Positions 36,100 to 45,577 of a DNA stretch of 64,000 nt are shown piece after piece. The stretch comes from an uncultured Chloroflexota bacterium (GTDB taxonomy: Bacteria; Chloroflexota; UBA11872): assembly GCA_964422795.1 (NCBI GenBank), contig CAYRCL010000055.1, positions 71,130-135,129 on the forward strand. Direction: 5' to 3'. The notes beneath the pieces are model-generated. The model did no database searches, was not told where the DNA came from, and worked only from the letters and a program-made list of their open reading frames with translations. Positions within the stretch are counted from its first letter, which is position 1; each line of letters opens with the position of its first letter. Made by a program: the position numbers and the translations under genes.

Positions 36100-37235
36100 C
36101 AGAATTGACGCAGGTCGACTGATTGGAAGTCAGGTTAAATCACGGCTCATGATCGTGAGGTTGGCCAGGTGGTCTCCGAGGTCGAGTTCTGCCATTCGTA
36201 CCGTTTCGCGCACAAAGCCACTCGCACTTAAGACGTCTTGGCGATCGGTTGTGACGGCATATGCTCTGACCGTACGGATATTGTGCGTTGCCGCGTCATC
36301 GAGTACTGCATTAATTACGGCAGTGGTGCGATCGAGATATGCGGGTGTTGTTTGGAATTCAAGTGTGGCACTTGCGCGCAGCGGCATGCGCGTCGGCACA
36401 AAGAGATTGGCCGAACAGACCAATCGACTGCGGGCGTTGATGAGGACTTTCCAGATGTTTGATGGACTGGTTTCGTGGCGCGCAAACGAGTTATAGAACG
36501 GGCCAAGACATTTAGTCGATTCAATCCTGGGTGGTGCGTAAAAGATGGCCTCACTGAAGTCTCGGATGATCCAGCTTGGAGCCTTCGGCGTCAGCAGCAA
36601 CCCCGTGTAGGCACCGATATCGCCGAGTTCGATATCCCGGATTTCTCCGTCACCATGGCGAGCGAAGAACTGGTCGTCGAAACTATCCGGATCAGTCCCG
36701 GGCCGGACCGCGCGCATCGTCTTTCCATTGAACCCGACATAACCTGCTTTTCCGTAGACATGCTCGGCAACGGGATTCACTGTACCCAGGTAGCTGGCTT
36801 GACCCCCGGAATCCCAGAACCGTTGGATAGACAGCTCGGTGAGTCGTTGCGCGATGCCTTTGCCACGGTGTTGGGGATGTGTGAATACGTATCCGTAGCC
36901 GCCCAATTCACCCGATTCACGATGAGTTGCATGCCAGACAGTGCCGCCGACCGCGTCATCGATTCGGCCGACGATGAACGTGTCGGCGAGCGACGCGTCG
37001 GCGGTTCCGGACAGAAAGCGCTCAAGGAAGCTATCGACGCCTCTCCCCCATGATGGATCGAATGGTTGAGCCAAAAACTGATGAATTTCGAGATGGTGTG
37101 CGGTCGTCCCTCGTCCCTCACCGGGCGCCAGCACGCGGACAACCAGAACGTCCCCGTTCGTGAGCTGGTACTCATGTTGCATGGGGCATGATCTCATCGT
37201 ATTGGGGTAGACAACGTGTCTGTGATGCCACAATA
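36100..37235. repeat. Segmental duplication, copy B
   Basis: See copy A. Confidence 0.8.
36130..37197 (-). CDS. GNAT-family N-acyltransferase, two-domain, copy 2
   Basis: Paralogue of the 33530-34597 gene. The track ORF extends to 37233; the homologous Met (MRSCPMQHEYQ) is at 37197. Confidence 0.7.
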   Translation of the reverse strand: MRSCPMQHEYQLTNGDVLVVRVLAPGEGRGTTAHHLEIHQFLAQPFDPSWGRGVDSFLERFLSGTADASLADTFIVGRIDDAVGGTVWHATHRESGELGGYGYVFTHPQHRGKGIAQRLTELSIQRFWDSGGQASYLGTVNPVAEHVYGKAGYVGFNGKTMRAVRPGTDPDSFDDQFFARHGDGEIRDIELGDIGAYTGLLLTPKAPSWIIRDFSEAIFYAPPRIESTKCLGPFYNSFARHETSPSNIWKVLINARSRLVCSANLFVPTRMPLRASATLEFQTTPAYLDRTTAVINAVLDDAATHNIRTVRAYAVTTDRQDVLSASGFVRETVRMAELDLGDHLANLTIMSRDLT

Positions 37236-37267
37236 GCGATTTGGATGCTGATTGGAGGAAAACAGCA

Positions 37268-38008
37268 ATGTCTTTGAAAGGTAAGTCCGCTCTTGTGACG
37301 GGTGGAGGAACAGGCGTGGGTCGTGCGACTGCCTTGATGCTGGCCGCGCGTGGGGCTCATGTAGCGGTGAATTATTCGCGGTCGGTCGACGAGGCTTCGG
37401 CAACGGTAGGGGAGATCGAGGCCTTGGGGGTTGACGCGGTGGCGATTCAGGCTGATGTGGCTTCTGACGCAGCCGTAAAGGCCATGGTCGAACAGACCGT
37501 GGCTGTGTTTGGTCGTCTGGACGTGGTTGTCAATAGCGCCGGGATGACTGCGTTCGTAGCTCATGGAGATCTGGATGGTATGCATGAAGACGATTGGGAT
37601 CGTATCCAGGCGGTTAATCTCAAGGGTCCGTTCCTCGTCAGCCGTGCAGCGGCGCCGCATCTTCGTGCTTCTGGAGATGGGGCAATCGTTAACGTGTCAT
37701 CGCTCGCTGGTGTGACAGGCACTGGATCGTCGCTTGCCTATGCTGCGTCGAAGGGCGGGCTTAACACGTTGACCAAGTCGCTAGCGCGAGCCTTGGCGCC
37801 TGAGATTCGAGTGAACAGCGTCGCGCCTGGTGCGGTTGACACCCGGTGGATGGATGATCACCGGGACTTCCTTGAGAGAGCGATCGAAGGAATGCCACTC
37901 AAGCGTGCGGCATCACCAGAGGATATAGCTGGTGGTGTGTTGCTGTTAGTCGAAAACCGTTTTGTGACCGGCGAAGTTCTTGTGATGGATGGTGGTGCCT
38001 CACTGTAA
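37268..38008 (+). CDS. SDR-family oxidoreductase (3-oxoacyl-ACP reductase-like)
   Basis: TGGGTGVGRATA cofactor motif, catalytic SxnYxxxK region (YAASKGG), PGAVDT. Confidence 0.85.
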   Translation: MSLKGKSALVTGGGTGVGRATALMLAARGAHVAVNYSRSVDEASATVGEIEALGVDAVAIQADVASDAAVKAMVEQTVAVFGRLDVVVNSAGMTAFVAHGDLDGMHEDDWDRIQAVNLKGPFLVSRAAAPHLRASGDGAIVNVSSLAGVTGTGSSLAYAASKGGLNTLTKSLARALAPEIRVNSVAPGAVDTRWMDDHRDFLERAIEGMPLKRAASPEDIAGGVLLLVENRFVTGEVLVMDGGASL

Positions 38009-38241
38009 GTAGCCGTGCTTTAACGGGTTTGTTAGGGCGGATTGACTGGGTAGTTGCGCACCCCCTCCCGGTGCAGATATCACCCCAACTGACGGGGTGT
38101 TTCACCAGGACTTTGCTCACGGTGTCGGTCGTGGGGCCGATTGCTTCAGGTAGTGGCAGATTTTACGAGACTGAGGTTTCCCAGATCGAAACTTACGAGG
38201 CGCTGACTACAGTCAGCGCCTCGGGTAATCTTCGCGTGGCG

Positions 38242-38703
38242 TCAGCGGCCTGGTGCCGTACGGAGGAATCGGACGATCTTCCATATTTCGTCCTCAGTTA
38301 TGTCCTTATCCACGGCACCACGATGTTTCAGACCAGCCATGTCCGCTGAAGTCCCTGCGGTATCGGTGTTGCCGTTCCAGGCTTTCCAGAAAATGGCACC
38401 ATCCGTTTGTGCTTGAAAGACGTCTGTCGTGAAGTCGGACGGTCGAGGAACGTACAGCTGATACTGAGGGCCAAATCCATCAGCCGCGTAGCCGTGACAA
38501 GTCGCACACTTCGCTAGGTATAGCTCTTCTCCCTCACCGATAATTGCGGTGGAGGCGGGGAAGGGGTTTTCGGTTGCTGCCGCGTCGGGTGGTGGATCAG
38601 GGAACGGTTCGATACCGGGAGACACACAGGCTGAAAAGATGAAAAGGGAGAGTCCGGCGAGCCCCAGCGCACGCACGAATCCGCTCCAAATCGGAAACGT
38701 CAT
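38242..38703 (-). CDS. Class I c-type cytochrome, lipoprotein
   Basis: Signal/lipobox (LSLFIFSAC) and heme-binding CATCHG. Confidence 0.75.
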   Translation of the reverse strand: MTFPIWSGFVRALGLAGLSLFIFSACVSPGIEPFPDPPPDAAATENPFPASTAIIGEGEELYLAKCATCHGYAADGFGPQYQLYVPRPSDFTTDVFQAQTDGAIFWKAWNGNTDTAGTSADMAGLKHRGAVDKDITEDEIWKIVRFLRTAPGR

Positions 38704-38842
38704 ACTGTGTCCCCCAGCGAATGTTTAAATGATGTTCGCTACCTTCGACCACTCTAACGCGTCGGATTCATTGAAGGCTAGCCTCGAAACGTTTGTTCGG
38801 AGTCGTTACGATTAGCGCCGTACATGTGAAGTTACGAGATCC

Positions 38843-39682
38843 ATGCGACCTGCGCTTCATACGCTGATGTTTAGTGGGTATCCGCTTGAACGAGTTGCGC
38901 CCATCGTTCGCGAGATCGGATACGACGGCGTGGCTCTGATGTGTCAGCCACCACATCTCGATCTCGATGATCCGGTGAAGTCGGCTCGAACAGCTGCTGC
39001 CGTTCTTGCTGATTCAGGGGTTCAGGTTGTTGGGTTGGCTTCGGGACTCGGGCGTCCCGAATCGTTCGAGGGTCGGGATGCTGAATCTGAATTGGAAGGC
39101 GTGTCCCGAGCAGTAGAAGCGGCCACTATCTTAGGTGCGGGTTTGTTGCGGCTGTGGGGAGGTCCAGACGGATCTACGGTTGATGATTCGCAAGGACTCA
39201 TGGCGGCAACTCGATGGTATCGACGTGCAGCTAGCATTGCTGGTGATGGAGGAGTTCGAGTAACCATTGAGATTCACTCGATAGGTTTTGCGTCTAGTGC
39301 AGCTGCCACATGTCAACTGGTTGACGCCATTGATCATCCGAATATCGGGGCGGCTCTGGATACTGGGAATTTGCACGCGGCAGTTGGATCGACAAGCGCG
39401 GCTGATGTGCAGCTGCTTGGGACGCGTGTTGCGGATGTCCATGTCAAGGACCTGCGTGGTGTGGCCAGTGGGGAACAGCACACGCTCGCGATCAATGATC
39501 GTTGTTATGTGCACACTCCGATGGGCGAGGGAGAGGTTCGAAATGGCGAAATCTTGGCCGCACTTGCCGAATTTGGTTATAGCGGATGGATTGCTAATGA
39601 GTCGGAGTGCAAGTGGATGCGGTGGGAGGATTCAGTCAAAGCAGCTCGGCATGAATACGAAGCCCTCACGGATCTTATTTAA
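38843..39682 (+). CDS. Sugar phosphate isomerase/epimerase (xylose-isomerase-like TIM barrel)
   Basis: AP-endonuclease-2/TIM pattern with conserved His/Asp/Glu positions (IHS; LDTGNLHAA). Confidence 0.65.
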   Translation: MRPALHTLMFSGYPLERVAPIVREIGYDGVALMCQPPHLDLDDPVKSARTAAAVLADSGVQVVGLASGLGRPESFEGRDAESELEGVSRAVEAATILGAGLLRLWGGPDGSTVDDSQGLMAATRWYRRAASIAGDGGVRVTIEIHSIGFASSAAATCQLVDAIDHPNIGAALDTGNLHAAVGSTSAADVQLLGTRVADVHVKDLRGVASGEQHTLAINDRCYVHTPMGEGEVRNGEILAALAEFGYSGWIANESECKWMRWEDSVKAARHEYEALTDLI

Positions 39683-39736
39683 GTGGCACGTGTGCTCCAC
39701 AGCTAGAATTACTCATCGTTACCACGGGTAGCCAAT

Positions 39737-40843
39737 ATGCGCGTTGGTTTTTTTTGGGATGCCAGCCTGTTCGACTATCGGAACATTCTTGGCAATCCAT
39801 ATGGTGGATCCTTAGTTGAAGCGCTCCAGCCACATGGCTATACCTTTGAGCGGCTTAGTCTGGGCCACAAGGATCGTGAGGATCCTGGTGCTGCCGAATG
39901 TTCTTTGGGTTGGGTCTGGCGCAACCGTGGACGCGTCCATGCTCTGCATTTGCACTGGTTGCAAGGTGTTGTCTCAGCACCTACGGCACTTGGGGCGTGG
40001 TTTCGGTTCGCCACATTTGCTGCGACGATGGTTCTTGCGCGGCTGCTTGGGTATCAGATCGTGTGGACACTCCACAACATGTTGCCGCACGAGCGGGCGC
40101 ATCGAGGTGTGGATGTAGCTGGTCGATATTTGATGGTGCTGTTGGCAAATTCAATTATTTGCCATTGCCAGTTTGCAGCGGACGAATTTGGTCGGCGGTT
40201 CCGTAGGCGTCGAAACATGTACGTTATTCCGCACGGCAATTTCCGCTCCGCTTATCCATCGACTCTCGAGCGGGACGAAGCTCGGTCTGAAATAGGAATC
40301 GATCCAGACGCATTCGTGTACATCTCGTTTGGGAACATCCGTGGGTACAAGGGTCATGACGATATGCTGACGGCATTTCACCAGTTAAAAGGTGAGCGGT
40401 TACGTCTGCTAGTGGTCGGGCAAATGCATTACTCATATTCGGGGCCTATGGGACAGGGACCGCTTGATGATCCTCGCGTGATGGTTATCGAGGGGAAGGT
40501 TCCTATCGATACGTTGCAGCTGTACTTCGCAGCGGCGGACGTGGCCGTCTTTCCTTATCGTGATGCGCTCACGAGCGGGGCGTTAATCACGGCGCTCGGT
40601 TTTGGTCGACCAGTGATCGCAACCCATGTGGGATGTATACCTGAACTAGTCGCGGAATCTGATGCGGGGGTGTTGCTTCCTCCAGGGGATGTTCAGGCGC
40701 TTGCGGAAGCTATGGCGCAGGCCCAAGAGTGGGATATTGAGGCGAGATCACGATCAGCGCACGCAATTGCGGACCGCTTAGGTTGGGAGGAAATCGCGCT
40801 CCAGACGATGGAGGCTTACGGACCACCGAGAGGGGAGCGTTAA
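39737..40843 (+). CDS. Glycosyltransferase, GT-B fold (GT4-like)
   Basis: C-terminal GT1/GT4 motif: EGKVP...FAAADVAVFPYRDALTSGALITALGFGRPVIATHVGCIPELV. Confidence 0.7.
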   Translation: MRVGFFWDASLFDYRNILGNPYGGSLVEALQPHGYTFERLSLGHKDREDPGAAECSLGWVWRNRGRVHALHLHWLQGVVSAPTALGAWFRFATFAATMVLARLLGYQIVWTLHNMLPHERAHRGVDVAGRYLMVLLANSIICHCQFAADEFGRRFRRRRNMYVIPHGNFRSAYPSTLERDEARSEIGIDPDAFVYISFGNIRGYKGHDDMLTAFHQLKGERLRLLVVGQMHYSYSGPMGQGPLDDPRVMVIEGKVPIDTLQLYFAAADVAVFPYRDALTSGALITALGFGRPVIATHVGCIPELVAESDAGVLLPPGDVQALAEAMAQAQEWDIEARSRSAHAIADRLGWEEIALQTMEAYGPPRGER

Positions 40844-41271
40844 AGCGCTGACAGGCCTCCACGAGCGTGTTCACTCTTGATGGCTCGCCCGGTCAGACTG
40901 AATGATTGGCCACAGCCGCACTCGGAGCGTGCACGTGGATTTTGGATTTTGAACCCTCCATCCATTAATGAGTCGCTGTACTCGAGAGTTGAACCGTGAA
41001 GTAGATCGACACTCTCCGGATCGATGATTATGGTGATTCCGTGTGCGTCAATTGTGGTGTCACCATCACGTGGTTTGGGTTCGATGCCCATGGCATAGCG
41101 GAAGTCCCCACACCCAGTCTCAGGAACGACTCGAACGCGCAGTACGGCATCAGGCCGGTTGCGCTTCTGGCGCATGCGCTCAAATTCCGCGGCTGCCGAA
41201 ACTTCGACCGATAGGATTGGAGCACTTGCCTGCGGCAAACCGGTCTTGACCTTCAATTCCTCTATCGTCAT
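40840..41271 (-). CDS. A-type Fe-S cluster carrier (IscA/SufA/HesB family)
   Basis: CGCGxSF C-terminal signature (ECGCGQSF) plus the upstream Cys (GCGDFRY). The track ORF extends to 41295. Confidence 0.8.
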   Translation of the reverse strand: MTIEELKVKTGLPQASAPILSVEVSAAAEFERMRQKRNRPDAVLRVRVVPETGCGDFRYAMGIEPKPRDGDTTIDAHGITIIIDPESVDLLHGSTLEYSDSLMDGGFKIQNPRARSECGCGQSFSLTGRAIKSEHARGGLSAL

Positions 41272-41324
41272 ATCTACCGAGGTTCCTTGTCGCACTCCAC
41301 CATTGCAAATGGCGTATATGAAGC

Positions 41325-42503
41325 CTACGTAACCTGACCCGGTTTTTCCATAGCTGTACCCCGTAGATGTGGCACAAGGTCATGCAAGATCTCAATAGTT
41401 CGAGATATCTGGGATGCGGTATTTTCTCGTCCCGTTGTTAAGCGCAAACTGCTGGCGGCAAGATCCGGTTTAAGGCCTATAGCGTGGAGCACATGGGATG
41501 GTTCGAGTGAGGCCGACGTGCAGGCCGATCCGCTGGATGCGGATACGCCGGCAGAATCCAGCGCGAGCAACAGAGCTTCACTATCCACACCTTCGAATAC
41601 AACGTTCACGTTGTTTGGAAGTCGGTCAGCCATAGGGCCGTTAAGTCGGCTTCCAGCAATGCTTGTGATGCCCTTGATCAGAGCATCACGTAGCGCCAGG
41701 TTGTGTGCCGTGTCGTGGGTTCGGCTGCTCTCGGCTTGATGAAGAGCTACTGCCATTCCCTCCGCAAAGGCCACGTTCTCAGTTCCCGCGCGTCGCCCTC
41801 GTTCCTGGGTGCCACCCACGATTTGTGGGCTTAGGCGAGTTCCGTCCCGGATGTACAGCGCGCCAATCCCTTTTGGACCGTAAAACTTGTGGGCTGCAAG
41901 TGACAGAAGGTCGACGCCGAGGATTGGAATAGCAATCGGTAGGTGGCCTGGTCCTTGTACAGAATCGGAATGGAATAAGGCTGGATGGTCACGGAGTTCA
42001 GCCGCTATTCGAGCAATGGGTTGGATGGATCCTATTTCATTATTGGCGTACATCACGCTCACGATCGCTGTGTCGTCGCGTACTGCATCGATGACCGATG
42101 ATGGATCTACGCGTCCTTCCTGGTCTACACCGACGATGGTGGCTTCAAAGCTGTGCCGTTGTACGAGGTGTTGGACCGTGTGAAGTACAGCGTGATGTTC
42201 AATAGCTGTCGTTACAAGATGCCTACGGCCAGCTTGAGCGGCAGCGAAAGCTGCGCCTCGGATCGCTAGTGTGGCACCCTCGCTGCCGCTACTCGTGAAC
42301 ACAATTTCATTTGGATCAACCACGAGCGTCGTAGCAACTTTGGCACGGGCGCGATCTAGTACATCACGGGCGGCACGGCCTTCACGGTAGAGTGAACTTG
42401 GGTTGCCTGGGATGTGTGCAAGCACTTGTGTGATAGCGGTGGCGACTGTTCGGTCGATAGGTGTCGTGGCTGCGTGGTCGAGATAAATGCGGTCGGTCGT
42501 CAT
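41325..42503 (-). CDS. Cysteine desulfurase (class V aminotransferase; NifS/IscS-like)
   Basis: N-terminal IYLDHAATTP, PLP-Lys region, and the active-site Cys loop (SSGSACTS). Confidence 0.85.
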   Translation of the reverse strand: MTTDRIYLDHAATTPIDRTVATAITQVLAHIPGNPSSLYREGRAARDVLDRARAKVATTLVVDPNEIVFTSSGSEGATLAIRGAAFAAAQAGRRHLVTTAIEHHAVLHTVQHLVQRHSFEATIVGVDQEGRVDPSSVIDAVRDDTAIVSVMYANNEIGSIQPIARIAAELRDHPALFHSDSVQGPGHLPIAIPILGVDLLSLAAHKFYGPKGIGALYIRDGTRLSPQIVGGTQERGRRAGTENVAFAEGMAVALHQAESSRTHDTAHNLALRDALIKGITSIAGSRLNGPMADRLPNNVNVVFEGVDSEALLLALDSAGVSASSGSACTSASLEPSHVLHAIGLKPDLAASSLRLTTGRENTASQISRTIEILHDLVPHLRGTAMEKPGQVT

Positions 42504-42544
42504 CGGATTGACCGAAGTTGTGCCGAAACGTCGGCGATCGGCTG

Positions 42545-43651
42545 TTAGCCGATCTCGAGCATCCGGTCGATGGCATGGCGAGCGCGCACACGGATGTCTT
42601 CGGGGACTTCAATCTGTTCACGATTTTCAGTCAGCGCCAATAACACATGATCCAGGGTGATCTCGTTCATGTGTGGGCAACGGACTGAACACAGGCGGAG
42701 CATGTCCTTTTCAGGGGCTTCAGCTGCGATGTTGTCACCCATGCTGCATTCGGTCAGAAGCAGATATTGGGGGGCTTCGCTTTCATTCACATGACGTGCC
42801 ATAGCAGATGTTGAACCCGAGAAGTCAGCGGCGTCGACGACTGCAGGACTGCATTCTGGGTGGGCGAGGACAAGAACATCGGGAAATTGGCTTCGGATTG
42901 AACTGATATCTTCGACTGTGAACTTTTCATGAACCTCACAACGTCCGGTCCAACCTATGAGGTCATAATGAAGTCCGTTGTCGGCCGCTGCTGCTCTTGC
43001 CCTATTGGAAATAGGTTTCGCACTTGGAAAAACGATGGATTTTCCCGTTTCCTTGGCTACGTTTTGCGCGAGGTATTCGTCCGGCAAGAAGATCACCTGA
43101 TCCGAATCCAGTGACTCGACAACTCGCGCGGCGTTGCTTGATGTACAGCAGATGTCCGCTTCCGCTTTCACGTCGGCATAGGTGTTGATATAGACCACAA
43201 CCGGAATTCCGGGATACCGATCCTTAAGATGACGTACATCAGATGCGGTGATTGACTCGGCTAGCGAACAACCTGCGCGCCGTGCTGGGAGAAGCACAGC
43301 GCGATCAGGATTGAGGATCTTGGCTGTTTCCGCCATGAAGCGCACACCGCAGAAAACGATTGGATCGCATTCGGTGGTAGCTGCAACCCGGCTTAATTCT
43401 AGGGAGTCACCCTTGTAGTCACAGACCGAGTGGAACAGCGCAGGTTCCATGTAGTTGTGTCCAAGGATGACTGCACCGAGTTCGGTTTTTAGTTGGTTGA
43501 TCTTGTATGCCAGTTCGGCTTTCAGTGCGATCTCAGCATCGGGAACGATGCCATGCAACCGGGCATTCAGGTCGGCCCGTGTAGATTCGATTGTGACGGA
43601 GCTTAAGGACATTGGTTTCGTTGGCTGCGTTGTGTGCCTGAACGAGCTCAT
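42545..43651 (-). CDS. nadA: Quinolinate synthase A
   Basis: Three conserved Cys regions (ECSMG; GRCEVHEKF; RCPHMNEITL) and overall NadA pattern. Confidence 0.85.
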   Translation of the reverse strand: MSSFRHTTQPTKPMSLSSVTIESTRADLNARLHGIVPDAEIALKAELAYKINQLKTELGAVILGHNYMEPALFHSVCDYKGDSLELSRVAATTECDPIVFCGVRFMAETAKILNPDRAVLLPARRAGCSLAESITASDVRHLKDRYPGIPVVVYINTYADVKAEADICCTSSNAARVVESLDSDQVIFLPDEYLAQNVAKETGKSIVFPSAKPISNRARAAAADNGLHYDLIGWTGRCEVHEKFTVEDISSIRSQFPDVLVLAHPECSPAVVDAADFSGSTSAMARHVNESEAPQYLLLTECSMGDNIAAEAPEKDMLRLCSVRCPHMNEITLDHVLLALTENREQIEVPEDIRVRARHAIDRMLEIG

Positions 43652-43779
43652 CTTTACTCTAGACGAGCTGTTGAGCGACGAGCGCCTTAGAGATCTATCA
43701 AGACCGCCAGAATTGACAGACGTGTTCGAGATTCTCGCATATGTGGCCGCTGTATAAGCAAGTTGTTAGTCCCGAGGGC

Positions 43780-44811
43780 CTATACGAACGGTGGAAGAAG
43801 CTTTAGGTAGGACTCATCGAGGGTCCGTGACTTGCCGCCGATTTCGACAAGTGGGATTGGTTTGATATCCAAACCAACCAGAGCAGTCATTTGTCCATGC
43901 TTGTTCTTTGCTAGAAAGTCGATGGCTGCAAAACCAAACCGTGTTCCGAGAACGCGATCGAAGGTCGTTGGTGTGCCGCCACGCTGCAGGTGTCCGAGAA
44001 CGCAAGCTCGCGATTCTTTACCTGTAACTTTCTCGATCTTGTGTGCGACAACCTCGGCGATGCTGCGTGTGGATAGGATGACATGACCGAATTCGTCACT
44101 CGCCTGAACCGCAGCGTTCTTAAGGTCGAGGCCGGCTACCTCAGTCCCTTCAGCAATCACGACGATGCTGAAATTTGTTCCACTGTCGTAACGTTGATGG
44201 ACATGACCAATGACATCCTCGATGTTTAGCTGCTTCTCAGGAACACCGATGAAATCACTACCGCTTGCGAGGCCGCCAAGTGCGGCGAGCCAGCCCGCCT
44301 CACGTCCCATGGTTTCAACGAGAGTCACACGATGATGCGACATGGTTGTAGTGCGCAGGTGTGCGACCGACGACGCGATCGTTTCCACCGCGGTGTCAAA
44401 ACCTATACACGCGTCCGTCTTGGGAACGTCATTATCGATGGTTTTGGGAATGCCTACGATAGGGTGACCATCGGAAGCGAGTGCTGCGGCGACGGAGAGC
44501 GTGTCATCGCCACCGATCGCGATCAGGGCATCTAACCCCATTTCATCGAACACAGATTGTGCCTGCGTGTAGCTTTCAGGTGTGCGGAGTGGGTTTGTCC
44601 GTGAACTTCCGAGAATGGTTCCTCCAACATCGAGGATCCCATCGGTATTTTCGATCGTGAGAGGAAAAGTCTCACGTTCAATGGTGCCGCGCCAACCATC
44701 TCTAATTCCTGTGACGGTCCATCCTTTAAGACTGGCAGCTCGTGTTATTCCTCGAACTGCAGCATTCAGTCCCGGGCAATCTCCGCCTCCGGTAAGGACT
44801 CCGATGTTCAC
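43780..44811 (-). CDS. pfkA: 6-phosphofructokinase (ATP- or PPi-dependent)
   Basis: MNIGVLTGGGDCPGLNAAVRG N-terminal signature, GGDGT-like IGGDDT, and MGR motif. Confidence 0.9.
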   Translation of the reverse strand: MNIGVLTGGGDCPGLNAAVRGITRAASLKGWTVTGIRDGWRGTIERETFPLTIENTDGILDVGGTILGSSRTNPLRTPESYTQAQSVFDEMGLDALIAIGGDDTLSVAAALASDGHPIVGIPKTIDNDVPKTDACIGFDTAVETIASSVAHLRTTTMSHHRVTLVETMGREAGWLAALGGLASGSDFIGVPEKQLNIEDVIGHVHQRYDSGTNFSIVVIAEGTEVAGLDLKNAAVQASDEFGHVILSTRSIAEVVAHKIEKVTGKESRACVLGHLQRGGTPTTFDRVLGTRFGFAAIDFLAKNKHGQMTALVGLDIKPIPLVEIGGKSRTLDESYLKLLPPFV

Positions 44812-44962
44812 GTGATTCGATCTCGATGGGAATTTGCATCCACGATAACTGGAATTCGGTCAGTGTGTGCAAATTGTGAGTTCGTCGTCTGCGTGGATGG
44901 AACGTTATGGACAGGTCTCGATACCATGATGGTGCAGACGGAACATTTGGGAAATTGATGGT

Positions 44963-45541
44963 ATGGATATTTACTCTGCGATTCGTGGCCGTCGGAGTGT
45001 GACCACGCTACTCGATGACGTCCCGTCACGAGATGTGATTGACCGCATAATCCAGACGTCTGTATGGGCGCCCAATCATCACCTGACTGAGCCATGGAGA
45101 TTCCACGTTCTATGTGGGGATGCGAGATCCGATATGGGCTCTGTAGTAGCTACTGAACTCGAGAATCAACTAGATCCCAGCGATCCGGCAACGGCGCCTG
45201 CGATTCGGCAAGCGCGCAGTCGTCTATTACGAGCTCCGGTAGTGATTGTGGTCAGCCAGATTGGATCTCCGGATGCAGTCACGGACCTCGAGGATTATGC
45301 AGCCGCGTGTTGCGCGACGCAGAACTTGATGTTGGCGGCGCATGCCGAGGGACTTGCGACGAAATGGCGTACTGGTGATATGTGTGATTATCAGGCGTCG
45401 AAGGGATATCTTGGGCTTGCAGGATCAGATCGCATCGTTGCCTATCTGTACGTTGGGTATCCCAGTCCAAATGTTGGCCCCGATGCACGCCAGCGAGAGC
45501 GTCCTTCGATTCACTGGATTGGGTGGGGCAACGAAAGTTAG
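44963..45541 (+). CDS. Nitroreductase-family protein
   Basis: RRSVTTLLDD...WAPNHHLTEPWRF pattern of the NADH oxidase/nitroreductase fold. Confidence 0.75.
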   Translation: MDIYSAIRGRRSVTTLLDDVPSRDVIDRIIQTSVWAPNHHLTEPWRFHVLCGDARSDMGSVVATELENQLDPSDPATAPAIRQARSRLLRAPVVIVVSQIGSPDAVTDLEDYAAACCATQNLMLAAHAEGLATKWRTGDMCDYQASKGYLGLAGSDRIVAYLYVGYPSPNVGPDARQRERPSIHWIGWGNES

Positions 45542-45577
45542 CTGTATTCGAGTTTTGGGTCGACTAGGGAGGCGTGG

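Noticed and set aside
34572-37660. Small minus-strand ORFs beginning MPDAT/MPHAT at 34572..34784 and 37172..37660, upstream of each GNAT copy
   Set aside because: Their similarity simply reflects the segmental duplication extending into the GNAT 5' regions. The translations are low-complexity and inconsistent between the two copies beyond the first residues.
38029-38349. ORF 38029..38349 (+), 106 aa, in the gap between the SDR gene and the cytochrome c gene
   Set aside because: It overlaps the well-supported cytochrome c gene on the opposite strand and has no recognisable features.
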